Source: a virus
Taxonomy: Duplodnaviria > Caudoviricetes
Strand: one strand, 5' to 3'
IMG/VR virus record: IMGVR_UViG_3300031726_000030
Coordinates: 1 to 32,904 of that record
DNA: 32,904 bases
The notes under the pieces were generated by a model, which saw only the letters and a program-made list of their open reading frames with translations, ran no database searches and was not told where the DNA came from. The first letter of the stretch is position 1. Each line of letters opens with the position of its first letter. The position numbers were made by a program, and so were the translations under genes. Below are positions 8,370 through 17,117 of the stretch, in pieces.

Positions 8370-8408
8370 CGGCCCCTGAGCAATCTCTGTTCAGGGGCCG
8401 CTTTCAAA
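8370..8408 (+). terminator. intrinsic terminator-like hairpin after MCP, probably leaky
   Basis: 13-bp stem CGGCCCCTGAGCA/TGTTCAGGGGCCG with one G-U pair and loop ATCTC, followed by only a short T run (CTTTC). Confidence 0.65.
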
Positions 8409-8452
8409 CCTGCCCGACTCACCCAGAGCGGGCTGCTCAGAAGAGGTCCGAC

Positions 8453-8815
8453 ATGGCCGACACCGCCGTTCAAGCTCCCCCCAAGATGCGCTATTTCCGA
8501 GGCATCATCCATCGCAATTCTCAGCATGGAGCCGCGTGGTTCTTTGCCGATGACTCCGTGAACAAGAAACTTCAGATTGCTTGTGAAGTCGAAGTCATCG
8601 TTCCTGATTATGTTGTGGATAACGTAAAAGAAACAATCGTGGATCGGAATATCGTGCGTCCGGTTCCCGGCAAGAAGCGCGGTTTTAAAAATATCCGCGA
8701 GCGTTTTAACCGTTACACCTGGGAACAGTTTGGCGAAGTTTCCGAAGCTGAGTGGAAGAAATTTGAAGCGACTCAGCGCGAGCTTCCCATCCCGGATGGC
8801 GATAGCGAAGAATAA
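8453..8815 (+). CDS. hypothetical protein of the type that follows N4-gp56-like capsid genes
   Basis: 120 aa with GAGG RBS. Segment QIACEVEVIVPDYVVDNV. Confidence 0.75.
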   Translation: MADTAVQAPPKMRYFRGIIHRNSQHGAAWFFADDSVNKKLQIACEVEVIVPDYVVDNVKETIVDRNIVRPVPGKKRGFKNIRERFNRYTWEQFGEVSEAEWKKFEATQRELPIPDGDSEE

Positions 8816-8830
8816 CCTTGGAGGTTTTCC

Positions 8831-11245
8831 GTGGCCCTTTATCAGCGTGATGAAATCGTTCGAGATTTTAACGGTGTGGTAGTTTCACGAGCCTTTGTGA
8901 AAGTGGTCACGGGGCAAACCTATTCAGACACAGCCCCGCTGGCAACGCTCTACGCGGATTCAGCGGGGCTCATTCCTTTGATCAATCCTTTTCAGGCTGA
9001 TGCTGCGGGCCGGTATGTCTACTGGGTAGATGCTGGTTACTATTCCGAACAGATCACGCGGCCTAACTATCTCTCCGAGACGAGCAGCGGATTCTTTGTA
9101 GGCGCTCAGCAAGGTGATCCTGGGCCTACAGGGCCTACAGGAGCAACGGGGCCGCAAGGAGCCACTGGAGCTACAGGTCCGGCTGGAACGCCGGGATTTG
9201 ACCCTATGCCGTTTCTTGCTGATACGACTAATCCGGCGAAAGGCGCGGCTCTCATCGGTTACAAATCATCGCTTGCTTATGCAGCCGGGACGGTAGGGAA
9301 TAGATTGAATCAAATGTTGGTGGTTTCCGGCATGGATGGGACTGGCGCAACTGATTCGACCTCGGTTCTCGCTGCTGCTATCGCAGCGCTTCCTGCTAGT
9401 GGCGGAACGCTTTATGTTCCTGAGCCTTCATCGTTCTATGCGATGAATCTTGTGATCACTAAATCCGGGGTTCATATTAAATTCGGTGGAATGTCTACGA
9501 CAGCCACGACGCCTACGGGCAATTTCCTACGCCCATTCGATACGGCGCTACCGGTTGTTCAGTTCGGCAACGACAGCGCACTGGTAACTGATTCGAGCGT
9601 GGACAACGTGACCCTAGACGGGAACACCACGGGTCAGTATGGGGTTCTCTTCGCTGGTGGCGCCTACCGCTGCCGGATGAACAATGCCGGATTTGCGCGG
9701 TTTGCCACTCGGTGCGTGGCCTTCGTCGCAGGGACGACCAACCCATGCTCTGAGAATTCGGTCAACGGATTCGCCGTCAACACGGCGGTAGCCGGGTGCA
9801 TCGGGGTCCTTTTCAAGGCCTCCGCCACCAGCTACTGCACCGACAACAAGATGATTGATGGGCCCATTACTTCCAACGCGGGTGACTCCGTCGTAGTGGA
9901 TGGTTGCACGACCAACAAGTTGATGAACACCTATATCACCCAACAATACTCTGGGCTCGGTATGAGATTCCTGAAGACTGTCGGGTCGATCTTACCGTCA
10001 CTTTGGGTTAATGGAGTTATCGTCGATGATGGTGGAAACGTCAATGATGTAGCTGTGATCATCGATCATGGGGTTGAATACGACAGCACGTCGCCTTTCA
10101 ATGCAAGTCCGTTTTATGGTCAGATCACCAACACCAGCAAGACGATGAATATTGCAGGACATACGACCGGTTCGGTTGGCGCGGGTTCTCCGACTCTTAC
10201 GGTGGCTTCGGCGACCGGGATTTATGGAGGCCGTGGGATCGTCGTGGCGGGTGCCGGAACCGCAGGCCGTCCTTTGGTGGCGAAGGCTATCAGCGTGAGT
10301 GGAACGACGGTTACGCTGGACACGAATGCGGTGACAGGAGTTTCGGGAGTCGATGTCGGCTACGGAACCATTTTCAACGACATGAACTTTATCGCACCCG
10401 GTCTTTCCAATTACCTGACAGGAATCGGGCTCTATATCGCGTCAATCTCCAAGCGAATTGGCATGATGCTCGGGTTCTCTGGCCAGATCTACGGCTCAGG
10501 TTCTGGTGGCACAACGTCTCCTTGGAGCACCTCAGACATCATCTGGGAGTTGAACCACAAGGGTCTCGACTTCCTGCTCGACGATGCCAGCGCGAACACG
10601 ATTACTGGCGCGTCTCAAGCGACGAACCAGCTTTCCATTACGCTAGGAAGTGCTTCAAATGCCGGGATCGGCGACCTGGCCTTCATCATGGGCGCGAACG
10701 AACCTGGCGTGAATGGAACGTGGCCTATCACGACCCGCACGGATTCCACGCACATCATCTGCACGACTCAAACGTCTCAAACTTTAGCGGGTCTTACCGG
10801 CTCCCCGGTCATCGGAATCATCAAGATCGCCAGCCTCAACCAGGGATTCCTCAATCTACCCAATCTTGGCCTGCGCCTGCGAAACCAGTTAGGTAGCTTA
10901 GCTCAAGTGCTTTCATGCAGCCCAGGCAACACCCAGACCACACTTCAGACTGCCGATCCAACGAACGGACTACTCAACCTTTTTGGTGGAAGCGCGGCGA
11001 CCACCGCGAACGTGGCACAGATGGGAGGTGGAGGCGTCACCGGTTTCGGCGTCAGCGGCTATGGGACCGGCAGAGCACTGAAAGGCGTGACAGGCGGCAG
11101 CTACACCACCACTCAGCGCAACGCTTTCACCAATCTGGCATCTACCGACGTTGGCGCCATGGTATGGGACTCCACCCTAGCGAAGCCGGTTTTCCTCAAA
11201 ACAACTGCTCCAACTTGGGTGGACGCCACAGGCGCCACCGTTTAG
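8831..11245 (+). CDS. tailspike/fibre with collagen-like linker and pectate-lyase-like beta-helix
   Basis: N-terminal LYADSAG...NPFQADAAGRY anchor. (GXY)9 repeat. DGTGATDSTSVLAAAIAALPASGGTLYVP is the typical start of a beta-helix. C-terminal GAMVWDSTLAKPV...WVDATG motif. Confidence 0.85.
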   Translation: MALYQRDEIVRDFNGVVVSRAFVKVVTGQTYSDTAPLATLYADSAGLIPLINPFQADAAGRYVYWVDAGYYSEQITRPNYLSETSSGFFVGAQQGDPGPTGPTGATGPQGATGATGPAGTPGFDPMPFLADTTNPAKGAALIGYKSSLAYAAGTVGNRLNQMLVVSGMDGTGATDSTSVLAAAIAALPASGGTLYVPEPSSFYAMNLVITKSGVHIKFGGMSTTATTPTGNFLRPFDTALPVVQFGNDSALVTDSSVDNVTLDGNTTGQYGVLFAGGAYRCRMNNAGFARFATRCVAFVAGTTNPCSENSVNGFAVNTAVAGCIGVLFKASATSYCTDNKMIDGPITSNAGDSVVVDGCTTNKLMNTYITQQYSGLGMRFLKTVGSILPSLWVNGVIVDDGGNVNDVAVIIDHGVEYDSTSPFNASPFYGQITNTSKTMNIAGHTTGSVGAGSPTLTVASATGIYGGRGIVVAGAGTAGRPLVAKAISVSGTTVTLDTNAVTGVSGVDVGYGTIFNDMNFIAPGLSNYLTGIGLYIASISKRIGMMLGFSGQIYGSGSGGTTSPWSTSDIIWELNHKGLDFLLDDASANTITGASQATNQLSITLGSASNAGIGDLAFIMGANEPGVNGTWPITTRTDSTHIICTTQTSQTLAGLTGSPVIGIIKIASLNQGFLNLPNLGLRLRNQLGSLAQVLSCSPGNTQTTLQTADPTNGLLNLFGGSAATTANVAQMGGGGVTGFGVSGYGTGRALKGVTGGSYTTTQRNAFTNLASTDVGAMVWDSTLAKPVFLKTTAPTWVDATGATV
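9113..9196 (+). repeat. collagen-like Gly-X-Y coding repeat
   Basis: Encodes GDPGPTGPTGATGPQGATGATGPAGTPG. Confidence 0.9.
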
Positions 11246-11253
11246 GAGTTAAA

Positions 11254-12003
11254 ATGCCTCTTCTCGCTCCGCCTGCTTTGATTCCCTCCAAACTCGCCTT
11301 GGTGAATGAGTCTCTGGCTCAGTTGAAGCAGCCTCAGATCACGACTTTGGCGAATGCGAAGCCGCTCGTCATCTTGCTCGGCAATTCAGTCGATGACTGC
11401 GTGAACGATATCTACAGCCGCGCAAATTGGCGCTTCCGACTGCGGACGTTTCCTTTTGACTTGGTGGCTGAGCAGCAGTTCTACTCGGTGCCTGCCGACT
11501 TTGGGAATCTCTATAGCAAGGGTATTACGGCAGCGAACCTGTTTATCCCCTATTTGAGTGCTGATGACTTTGATCAGGTCGCCTTGACCCCCTACGGCTC
11601 GCCTGTGGAGCAATCTGGAAGGCCTTTGGCTTTTACGCTCCACGATTTCATCAGTTTTAAATTTCACCCGAAGCCGAGCGCCGAATTCGTAGCGCTCTAT
11701 CCGACACTTGAGCTTCAGTATTTTTGCAGCGCCCAGCCGATCCTGGACGAAAACCAGGCGCCGTTTCTTCCCTACGCTTTCAAACTCTGTGTCGTGAACT
11801 TCCTTAAGTATCGGTGGATGGCCAGCAACGAATATGGCGTCACCGATATGCAGGAAGCCAAGGGCATGTATGAAGGTCAGCTTCAACTCCTGCTGGCTCG
11901 TAACGATCCGGCTCCGAACAGTCATCGGATGCAATCCGGTTTCCGGTTGGGCAAGCGCATGGACAATGCTTTCGATAAAACCAATCCTCTTGGCGGATTC
12001 TGA
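11254..12003 (+). CDS. head-tail adaptor (tail tubular protein A-like), 249 aa
   Basis: AGGAG RBS then ATG at 11254, better than the track's 10915. KLALVNESLAQL, WRF, YSVPADF, GRP, FHPKP motifs. Precedes the nozzle gene. Confidence 0.75.
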   Translation: MPLLAPPALIPSKLALVNESLAQLKQPQITTLANAKPLVILLGNSVDDCVNDIYSRANWRFRLRTFPFDLVAEQQFYSVPADFGNLYSKGITAANLFIPYLSADDFDQVALTPYGSPVEQSGRPLAFTLHDFISFKFHPKPSAEFVALYPTLELQYFCSAQPILDENQAPFLPYAFKLCVVNFLKYRWMASNEYGVTDMQEAKGMYEGQLQLLLARNDPAPNSHRMQSGFRLGKRMDNAFDKTNPLGGF

Positions 12004-14375
12004 TGACAAGGGACTATGTAGGCAGAGTGAACGGCCCCGCGAAGATGAAAAACTTCCGGGGCATGAACCCTGCCTCGTCCGAAATCAATCAAGATCCGAA
12101 TGGCGGCATTGATATTTTGAACTGTGATCTCAGCACGATCGGTTCCGTGAAGATGCGGAAGGGTTGGATTGCGGTTGATAGTGTGCCGTCGCTTCCTTTT
12201 TTCACTGTGGACGGTGTCATTGATCTGGCGACTTCAGCCGGTGAAGCACTCATCATTTTTTGCAATGCGAAAGTGTTTAGGCTCATTGGCAACGTATTGA
12301 CGGATATCACGGCGGCAAATTCCATCACGGCTGGTTTCCGCTGGCGGGGATGCCAGTCTCATGATCATGTTTTCATGGGCAACGGCAAGGACCAGCCATT
12401 GGTGATTGGGCTGACGGGTAATGCCGTTACCTATTCCGACTACTCGAAAGCCAACAGCTCGACGCCTGCGATTCCCGTGGGCGTGACAATTAACACGCCG
12501 CCTGATGTTCGATGGAACAAGACAGCGCACGGGCTTGTGAATGGTAATCAGATTAAACTCACGACGACTGGCACGATGCCTGCGCCTTTTGTGGCCGGGA
12601 CGATCTACTTTGTCGTGGGTTCAGCACCGAACGAGTTTCAGTTAGCTGCGACGCTTGGCGGCGGGGCGATCACCTACACGACAGCAGGTAGTGGGACGTT
12701 TGCCTATACACAGACGGGCGTCGATCAGACCCCCTCCTCCTGGGCCTCGGCGCCCCCGCTAGGCTTCGTGCTGCTCAATCAGCTTGGCGCCGATCGCATG
12801 TGGGCTTGGAACGCCGTCACGGTGTTCTATTCCGCGCTTTATGAGCCGTGGGATTATGTGGCCGCGAACAATGCGGGATTCATTGATATTCGCCCTGGTG
12901 ATGGTGAAACGGTGAGTCTCGTGACGGGTTCCTATGGCTTTGTGGCCGTGATGACGACGGGAAATTCAGCCGGTCGCACGTTGGTTTATCTTGGAACCGG
13001 TCCTGCGGATTTGACGCTCAATCACGTTCTGCCGATGGGCTGTGTATCGCCTGATTCCAGCGTGACGATTGGAGACGATATCGTTTTCCTTTCACCCTAT
13101 GGCCCGTCGAATTTAAAACGATTTATCAACGGAACGCAGTTGATCCAAAACATGATTGGCTTTTCGATTGCGCCTCTCATGCACGACACGGCTTCATTGG
13201 ACGGTTGGGGCGATTGCGTGGCATATCACGACATCGTGAATCGCCGTGCGATCTGGTGGCTTCCTCAAGGTGACGTTCCCAACCAAGGTTTCGTCTATCA
13301 GTATGACGTTCAATCATGGTCGCGCTTTAATGGTTGGTCGATCAACTGTGTGACGCGAACGAGTGGCAATCAGTTGATCGCCGGAACGACGAATGGCAAA
13401 CTCATGATCTTGAATCAAGGCGGTGATGATAATGGGGTCGGAATCGACGCCCATTACACGACTGCATGGTTTGACAAAGGCGAGCCGGAACGAAATATGA
13501 CCTGTCCTTTCATGGAACTTTGGGTCAGGGTATCTGGAGTTAAAATTTCCATCACTTCCTCCTGGGATTATGGCGATCTGGTGGATAGTCACGATCTCGA
13601 TTATGTGGCAACTGGAAGTGAATGGGGATTGAATGCCACGGATCAAAATCAGAATGTGAAATGGTGGGGACCTCTTCCCTCGATTTTAACAGAAGTGGTC
13701 AAGCCTTCTGCAAACGATATTTTGGTTTCGGCCTCCAATGGAACGGTGACTGATCCTACGCTCGCCTATGATTTTTTGACGCCTGACGATTTGACGACAT
13801 GGGCTCAGTTGAATGCCTATTCAACAAACCCCGCGAATCAGAATTTTGCGAATCTCACAGTTAAAACTTTCCCTGCGCTTCCTGCCCATACTTATGTTTC
13901 AAAGACTTTAAAATTTAATGTGGCGTCTCGTAATTTCGCGGGAGTCAATAGCACGGCTGAATGCAATGTTGATTATTCGTTGGATGGTGGAAGCACTTGG
14001 ACGACGGCGGTTTTGTTCACGTATGCTTCCAATGTTCTTCAAACCTATAGCGTTCCTCTTTCTTTGTCTCAAAATCTCGCTCTTGTAAGAGTGAGAGCTG
14101 TGGTAGGAGTCATGACCGCAATCATTCCTGGAATGGGCGTTTATGATTCAGAAATGGAATGCATTCTTTCGGATGTCTGGATCGAAGGCGATTACCATTC
14201 TGATTCGTCTTCTTTGATCACAGAGGGTGTTTGGCAGAACAGTAGCTTCGCGCATGTGCGAACGGACATCTACGGCATTGGACGATCCGTGCAATTTACT
14301 TTCCAAATGAACGGCAGCGGTAGCTGTGAAATTCTAGCCTACCGTCCTGACCTCAGATCCAAGGGGCTCCTATGA
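12003..14375 (+). CDS. tail nozzle (tubular protein B / P22 gp10-like) with inserted domains
   Basis: NFRGMN...N...GSVKMRKG N-terminus, beta-propeller-like repeats, GCVSPDS, YTTAWFD, GRSVQF C-terminus. Confidence 0.8.
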   Translation: MTRDYVGRVNGPAKMKNFRGMNPASSEINQDPNGGIDILNCDLSTIGSVKMRKGWIAVDSVPSLPFFTVDGVIDLATSAGEALIIFCNAKVFRLIGNVLTDITAANSITAGFRWRGCQSHDHVFMGNGKDQPLVIGLTGNAVTYSDYSKANSSTPAIPVGVTINTPPDVRWNKTAHGLVNGNQIKLTTTGTMPAPFVAGTIYFVVGSAPNEFQLAATLGGGAITYTTAGSGTFAYTQTGVDQTPSSWASAPPLGFVLLNQLGADRMWAWNAVTVFYSALYEPWDYVAANNAGFIDIRPGDGETVSLVTGSYGFVAVMTTGNSAGRTLVYLGTGPADLTLNHVLPMGCVSPDSSVTIGDDIVFLSPYGPSNLKRFINGTQLIQNMIGFSIAPLMHDTASLDGWGDCVAYHDIVNRRAIWWLPQGDVPNQGFVYQYDVQSWSRFNGWSINCVTRTSGNQLIAGTTNGKLMILNQGGDDNGVGIDAHYTTAWFDKGEPERNMTCPFMELWVRVSGVKISITSSWDYGDLVDSHDLDYVATGSEWGLNATDQNQNVKWWGPLPSILTEVVKPSANDILVSASNGTVTDPTLAYDFLTPDDLTTWAQLNAYSTNPANQNFANLTVKTFPALPAHTYVSKTLKFNVASRNFAGVNSTAECNVDYSLDGGSTWTTAVLFTYASNVLQTYSVPLSLSQNLALVRVRAVVGVMTAIIPGMGVYDSEMECILSDVWIEGDYHSDSSSLITEGVWQNSSFAHVRTDIYGIGRSVQFTFQMNGSGSCEILAYRPDLRSKGLL

Positions 14376-14929
14376 AACTCTGTGTCGAATCCATTAAACC
14401 TACGGCTCAGGAAGTTCTGGCCATTCACGAGCGGTTGGATATCGTGACTGGCTTCATGCGGGCGAACCCTGGCGTCTTCTTTGACCTCGCTGAGAAAGCC
14501 GTGTGGCTGGATTTCGTGGAATCAAAAACGAACGAGAGTCAGTTCAAAGTCTGTATGATCTTTGGCCCTGAACCGATGACCGCACAGCTTTATGCCTTCC
14601 CTTCGCTGGCTGCGGATCAGGAAATGGACACTCCCGCCATTTGTCGGGCAGCTCATTTCATGGGCAAGAATCTCATGGCTGATTTGAAAGCGAACGGTAT
14701 TCACCGGGTTCATGCGGTGGTGCCGATGAACTGCGTTCGCGGCCTTCGTTTTCTCAAGTCTCTTACTGGGATGGTAGAGACGAGTCCGATCAAGGGAATG
14801 CGGGATGTCTTTCACAACGGAACCCGGTGGCTGAACGCGGCGGCTTTGGAGTTGGTTTTGAAAGATCCTGCACAAATTGAGGAAACGCCTCACACTGAAG
14901 TCAAGGGGAATATTGCTGTAGGAGGGTGA
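14372..14929 (+). CDS. putative GNAT-fold protein of the podovirus tail/ejection module
   Basis: GIHRVHAVVPMNCVRGLRFLKSL resembles a GNAT motif B. Canonical position between nozzle and ejection genes. Confidence 0.55.
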   Translation: MKLCVESIKPTAQEVLAIHERLDIVTGFMRANPGVFFDLAEKAVWLDFVESKTNESQFKVCMIFGPEPMTAQLYAFPSLAADQEMDTPAICRAAHFMGKNLMADLKANGIHRVHAVVPMNCVRGLRFLKSLTGMVETSPIKGMRDVFHNGTRWLNAAALELVLKDPAQIEETPHTEVKGNIAVGG

Positions 14930-14930
14930 C

Positions 14931-16112
14931 ATGGGCTTTTCAGGGAGTGGAGCGGTATCAGGTGCGGCGGCTGGCGCTGCTCTTGGCCCTTGGGGCGCAT
15001 TGGGGGGCGGTCTTCTAGGCGGCTTCTTTGGCGGCGGCTCTCAGGCTCAAAATACACCTGCGCCTATGCCCACCAACTATTACGGCATGAATGGAAGCGG
15101 AATGTTTTATAACCCCTCCACAGGGGGGTATACCAGTCTCGACCCGAGGATGACGGGCGCTGATCAAGGCGCTTTGATGAAGTATCAGCAGATGATGTCT
15201 TCATTGACTGGCGGTGGAGGCACTGTTTCTTCTGAAGCAGCAAGTCAAGCTCAGACTCTAAAAGATCAAATCAACGATCCTAAGACGCCTCCGGCCATGA
15301 AGCAAGAGCTTCAGAATCGGCTGAATACGCTGAATTCTGCTGCTCGAACGACAGGAAATTTCACCAATCCATTGGGCCAGATTGGCGTGACGGACCCGAA
15401 TCGCCAGCTTGAATTTCAGAAGCAGACGGGAACGGTTCAGGATTACCTGAAGAACACGCTCGACAATTCCATGAACCAGCGAACGCTCGGAGAGAACACG
15501 GCGCTCGCGTCTCGTGGTCTGTCGTCCAGTTCCAACTCTCAGTATGGCGCTGATCAGCGTGGACTCGATTATGGCGTGGCGAGTGGCCAGAATGCCATCA
15601 CAGCCAATGACTATCTGCGCTCGCTTCAGAATGCTGATGAGCAAAAGAAATATCAGATGTTCAACCTCGCGCAAGGCGGCGCTCAACAGATCAATGGAAA
15701 CCAGCTTTCCCAGGAACAGCTTGCCTTGAATCAGATGATGATGGGGATGCAAGCGGGCCAGGGATACAACAATTCCATGGATGCGTGGAACCGCCAGGGA
15801 GCAGCCATTGACGCTGCGAACAAGGGTCAGACTGCTCAGGGATGGAACAGCGCTTTGAGTGGCATCATGGGTGGCGTGGCGAATGGCTCTCAGGGAAGCA
15901 CCTTCGACTGGAAGAAATTTGGCCAGGGCGCGGCAGGCACGATGTCAGGCACGAGCCCAAATCTTTGGAACCTTGCGGCCCAGCCTTCGAATTCGGGCGG
16001 TTTCAATTGGGGCGGCTCAAGTTCTTCGATACCTTATACGGGCGGCTGGAATTCAAATCAACCGGGTGCAACGCCTTCGACCAATTGGTCCTTCAGCACC
16101 AGTAATCATTAG
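14931..16112 (+). CDS. internal virion / DNA ejection protein
   Basis: Gly/Ala-rich hydrophobic N-terminus (GAAAGAALGPWGALGGGLLGG), Q/N-rich coiled region, LASRGLSSSS motif. Confidence 0.75.
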   Translation: MGFSGSGAVSGAAAGAALGPWGALGGGLLGGFFGGGSQAQNTPAPMPTNYYGMNGSGMFYNPSTGGYTSLDPRMTGADQGALMKYQQMMSSLTGGGGTVSSEAASQAQTLKDQINDPKTPPAMKQELQNRLNTLNSAARTTGNFTNPLGQIGVTDPNRQLEFQKQTGTVQDYLKNTLDNSMNQRTLGENTALASRGLSSSSNSQYGADQRGLDYGVASGQNAITANDYLRSLQNADEQKKYQMFNLAQGGAQQINGNQLSQEQLALNQMMMGMQAGQGYNNSMDAWNRQGAAIDAANKGQTAQGWNSALSGIMGGVANGSQGSTFDWKKFGQGAAGTMSGTSPNLWNLAAQPSNSGGFNWGGSSSSIPYTGGWNSNQPGATPSTNWSFSTSNH

Positions 16113-16121
16113 GAGGAAGTC

Positions 16122-17117
16122 ATGGATTCCCCGACCATCTATCCCATGCGCTTTCCCAGCATTCCTGCTGAGCAACGCCCGAGTAGCATCAGTGATCTCT
16201 TGCCATCTACCTACATGGGCCAGCCGAGTCCCTTCAACGCTTCCATGCAGCAAGTGGGACAGATGCTCCAGGCCAAGCGAGCGGACGCTGATCAAGCGAC
16301 TCAGGCGGCGTTGCATTTTGGCCCTTCAGTAGCACCCGGTCAGATCGCCGCCTTGAATGATTACTTATTCAAGCGCGGTGCCCAGCCTTATGGGGGCGTC
16401 ATGGATACTCAGAATCCAGGTTCGACGCTTCAGGTTCCTGGTGGCGATACGGCAACTCCATTCAATACTGGTGGTCAGGTAGCTGATCAGACGGCGGCTG
16501 AGACGGCGGCGGCTCTTGCTGCAAAGCAGGAAGCGGCCAAGGCAGCTCAGAGAATTCAGCTTCAGCGATTGAACCAGCAGGCCTCTCAATTCGAGCAACG
16601 GACCAAGGATCGAGCGGCGGCGTTGCTCCAGTCGAAAGTCATTCAGGACCGGAACGATCAGCGAATGCGAATGTTGGCGCACGAGAAGCTGACTTTCCAG
16701 GGTCAGAAACTCCAGACGTTCAACGCGGCTCAGGGCATTCATTCTGCGGCTGCAACGGCGTTCGGGAACGCCAACAAAACTCAGAGTCTTATCTCTCAAA
16801 AAGAAAAGGAAATGGCCACGAATTATTCGATGGGGCCTGATGAGAAACAGAAAGCGATGGATGAACTGGCGACGTTGCATTCGCAGGCGGAAGCTGAAAA
16901 TGAGCGAGGCAAGGCGCTTAGCGCTCAGGCTGAAGGGCTTTTGAACGGCCTCTCAGGCACTCAACCTGGGCCTCCTGCTCCAAAACCGATTCCTTCGACT
17001 TTGTTCACGGATGCTGGGAAGAATCCTCGCTTCCCGAATGCGGCCTATGGCACGATGAACGGCCAGCCTGGATGGTATGTGAAGGATGCTCAAGGGAATA
17101 AAACTAAGGTGGAATGA
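16122..17117 (+). CDS. internal virion / DNA ejection protein
   Basis: 331 aa, A/Q-rich and helical-looking. AGGAGG RBS. Position within the ejection cluster. Confidence 0.65.
   Translation: MDSPTIYPMRFPSIPAEQRPSSISDLLPSTYMGQPSPFNASMQQVGQMLQAKRADADQATQAALHFGPSVAPGQIAALNDYLFKRGAQPYGGVMDTQNPGSTLQVPGGDTATPFNTGGQVADQTAAETAAALAAKQEAAKAAQRIQLQRLNQQASQFEQRTKDRAAALLQSKVIQDRNDQRMRMLAHEKLTFQGQKLQTFNAAQGIHSAAATAFGNANKTQSLISQKEKEMATNYSMGPDEKQKAMDELATLHSQAEAENERGKALSAQAEGLLNGLSGTQPGPPAPKPIPSTLFTDAGKNPRFPNAAYGTMNGQPGWYVKDAQGNKTKVE

Noticed and set aside
8316-8561. Frameshift or read-through extension of the capsid protein
   Set aside because: No slippery sequence near the MCP end, an in-frame stop follows shortly after the TAG, and the alternative frame crosses the terminator hairpin.
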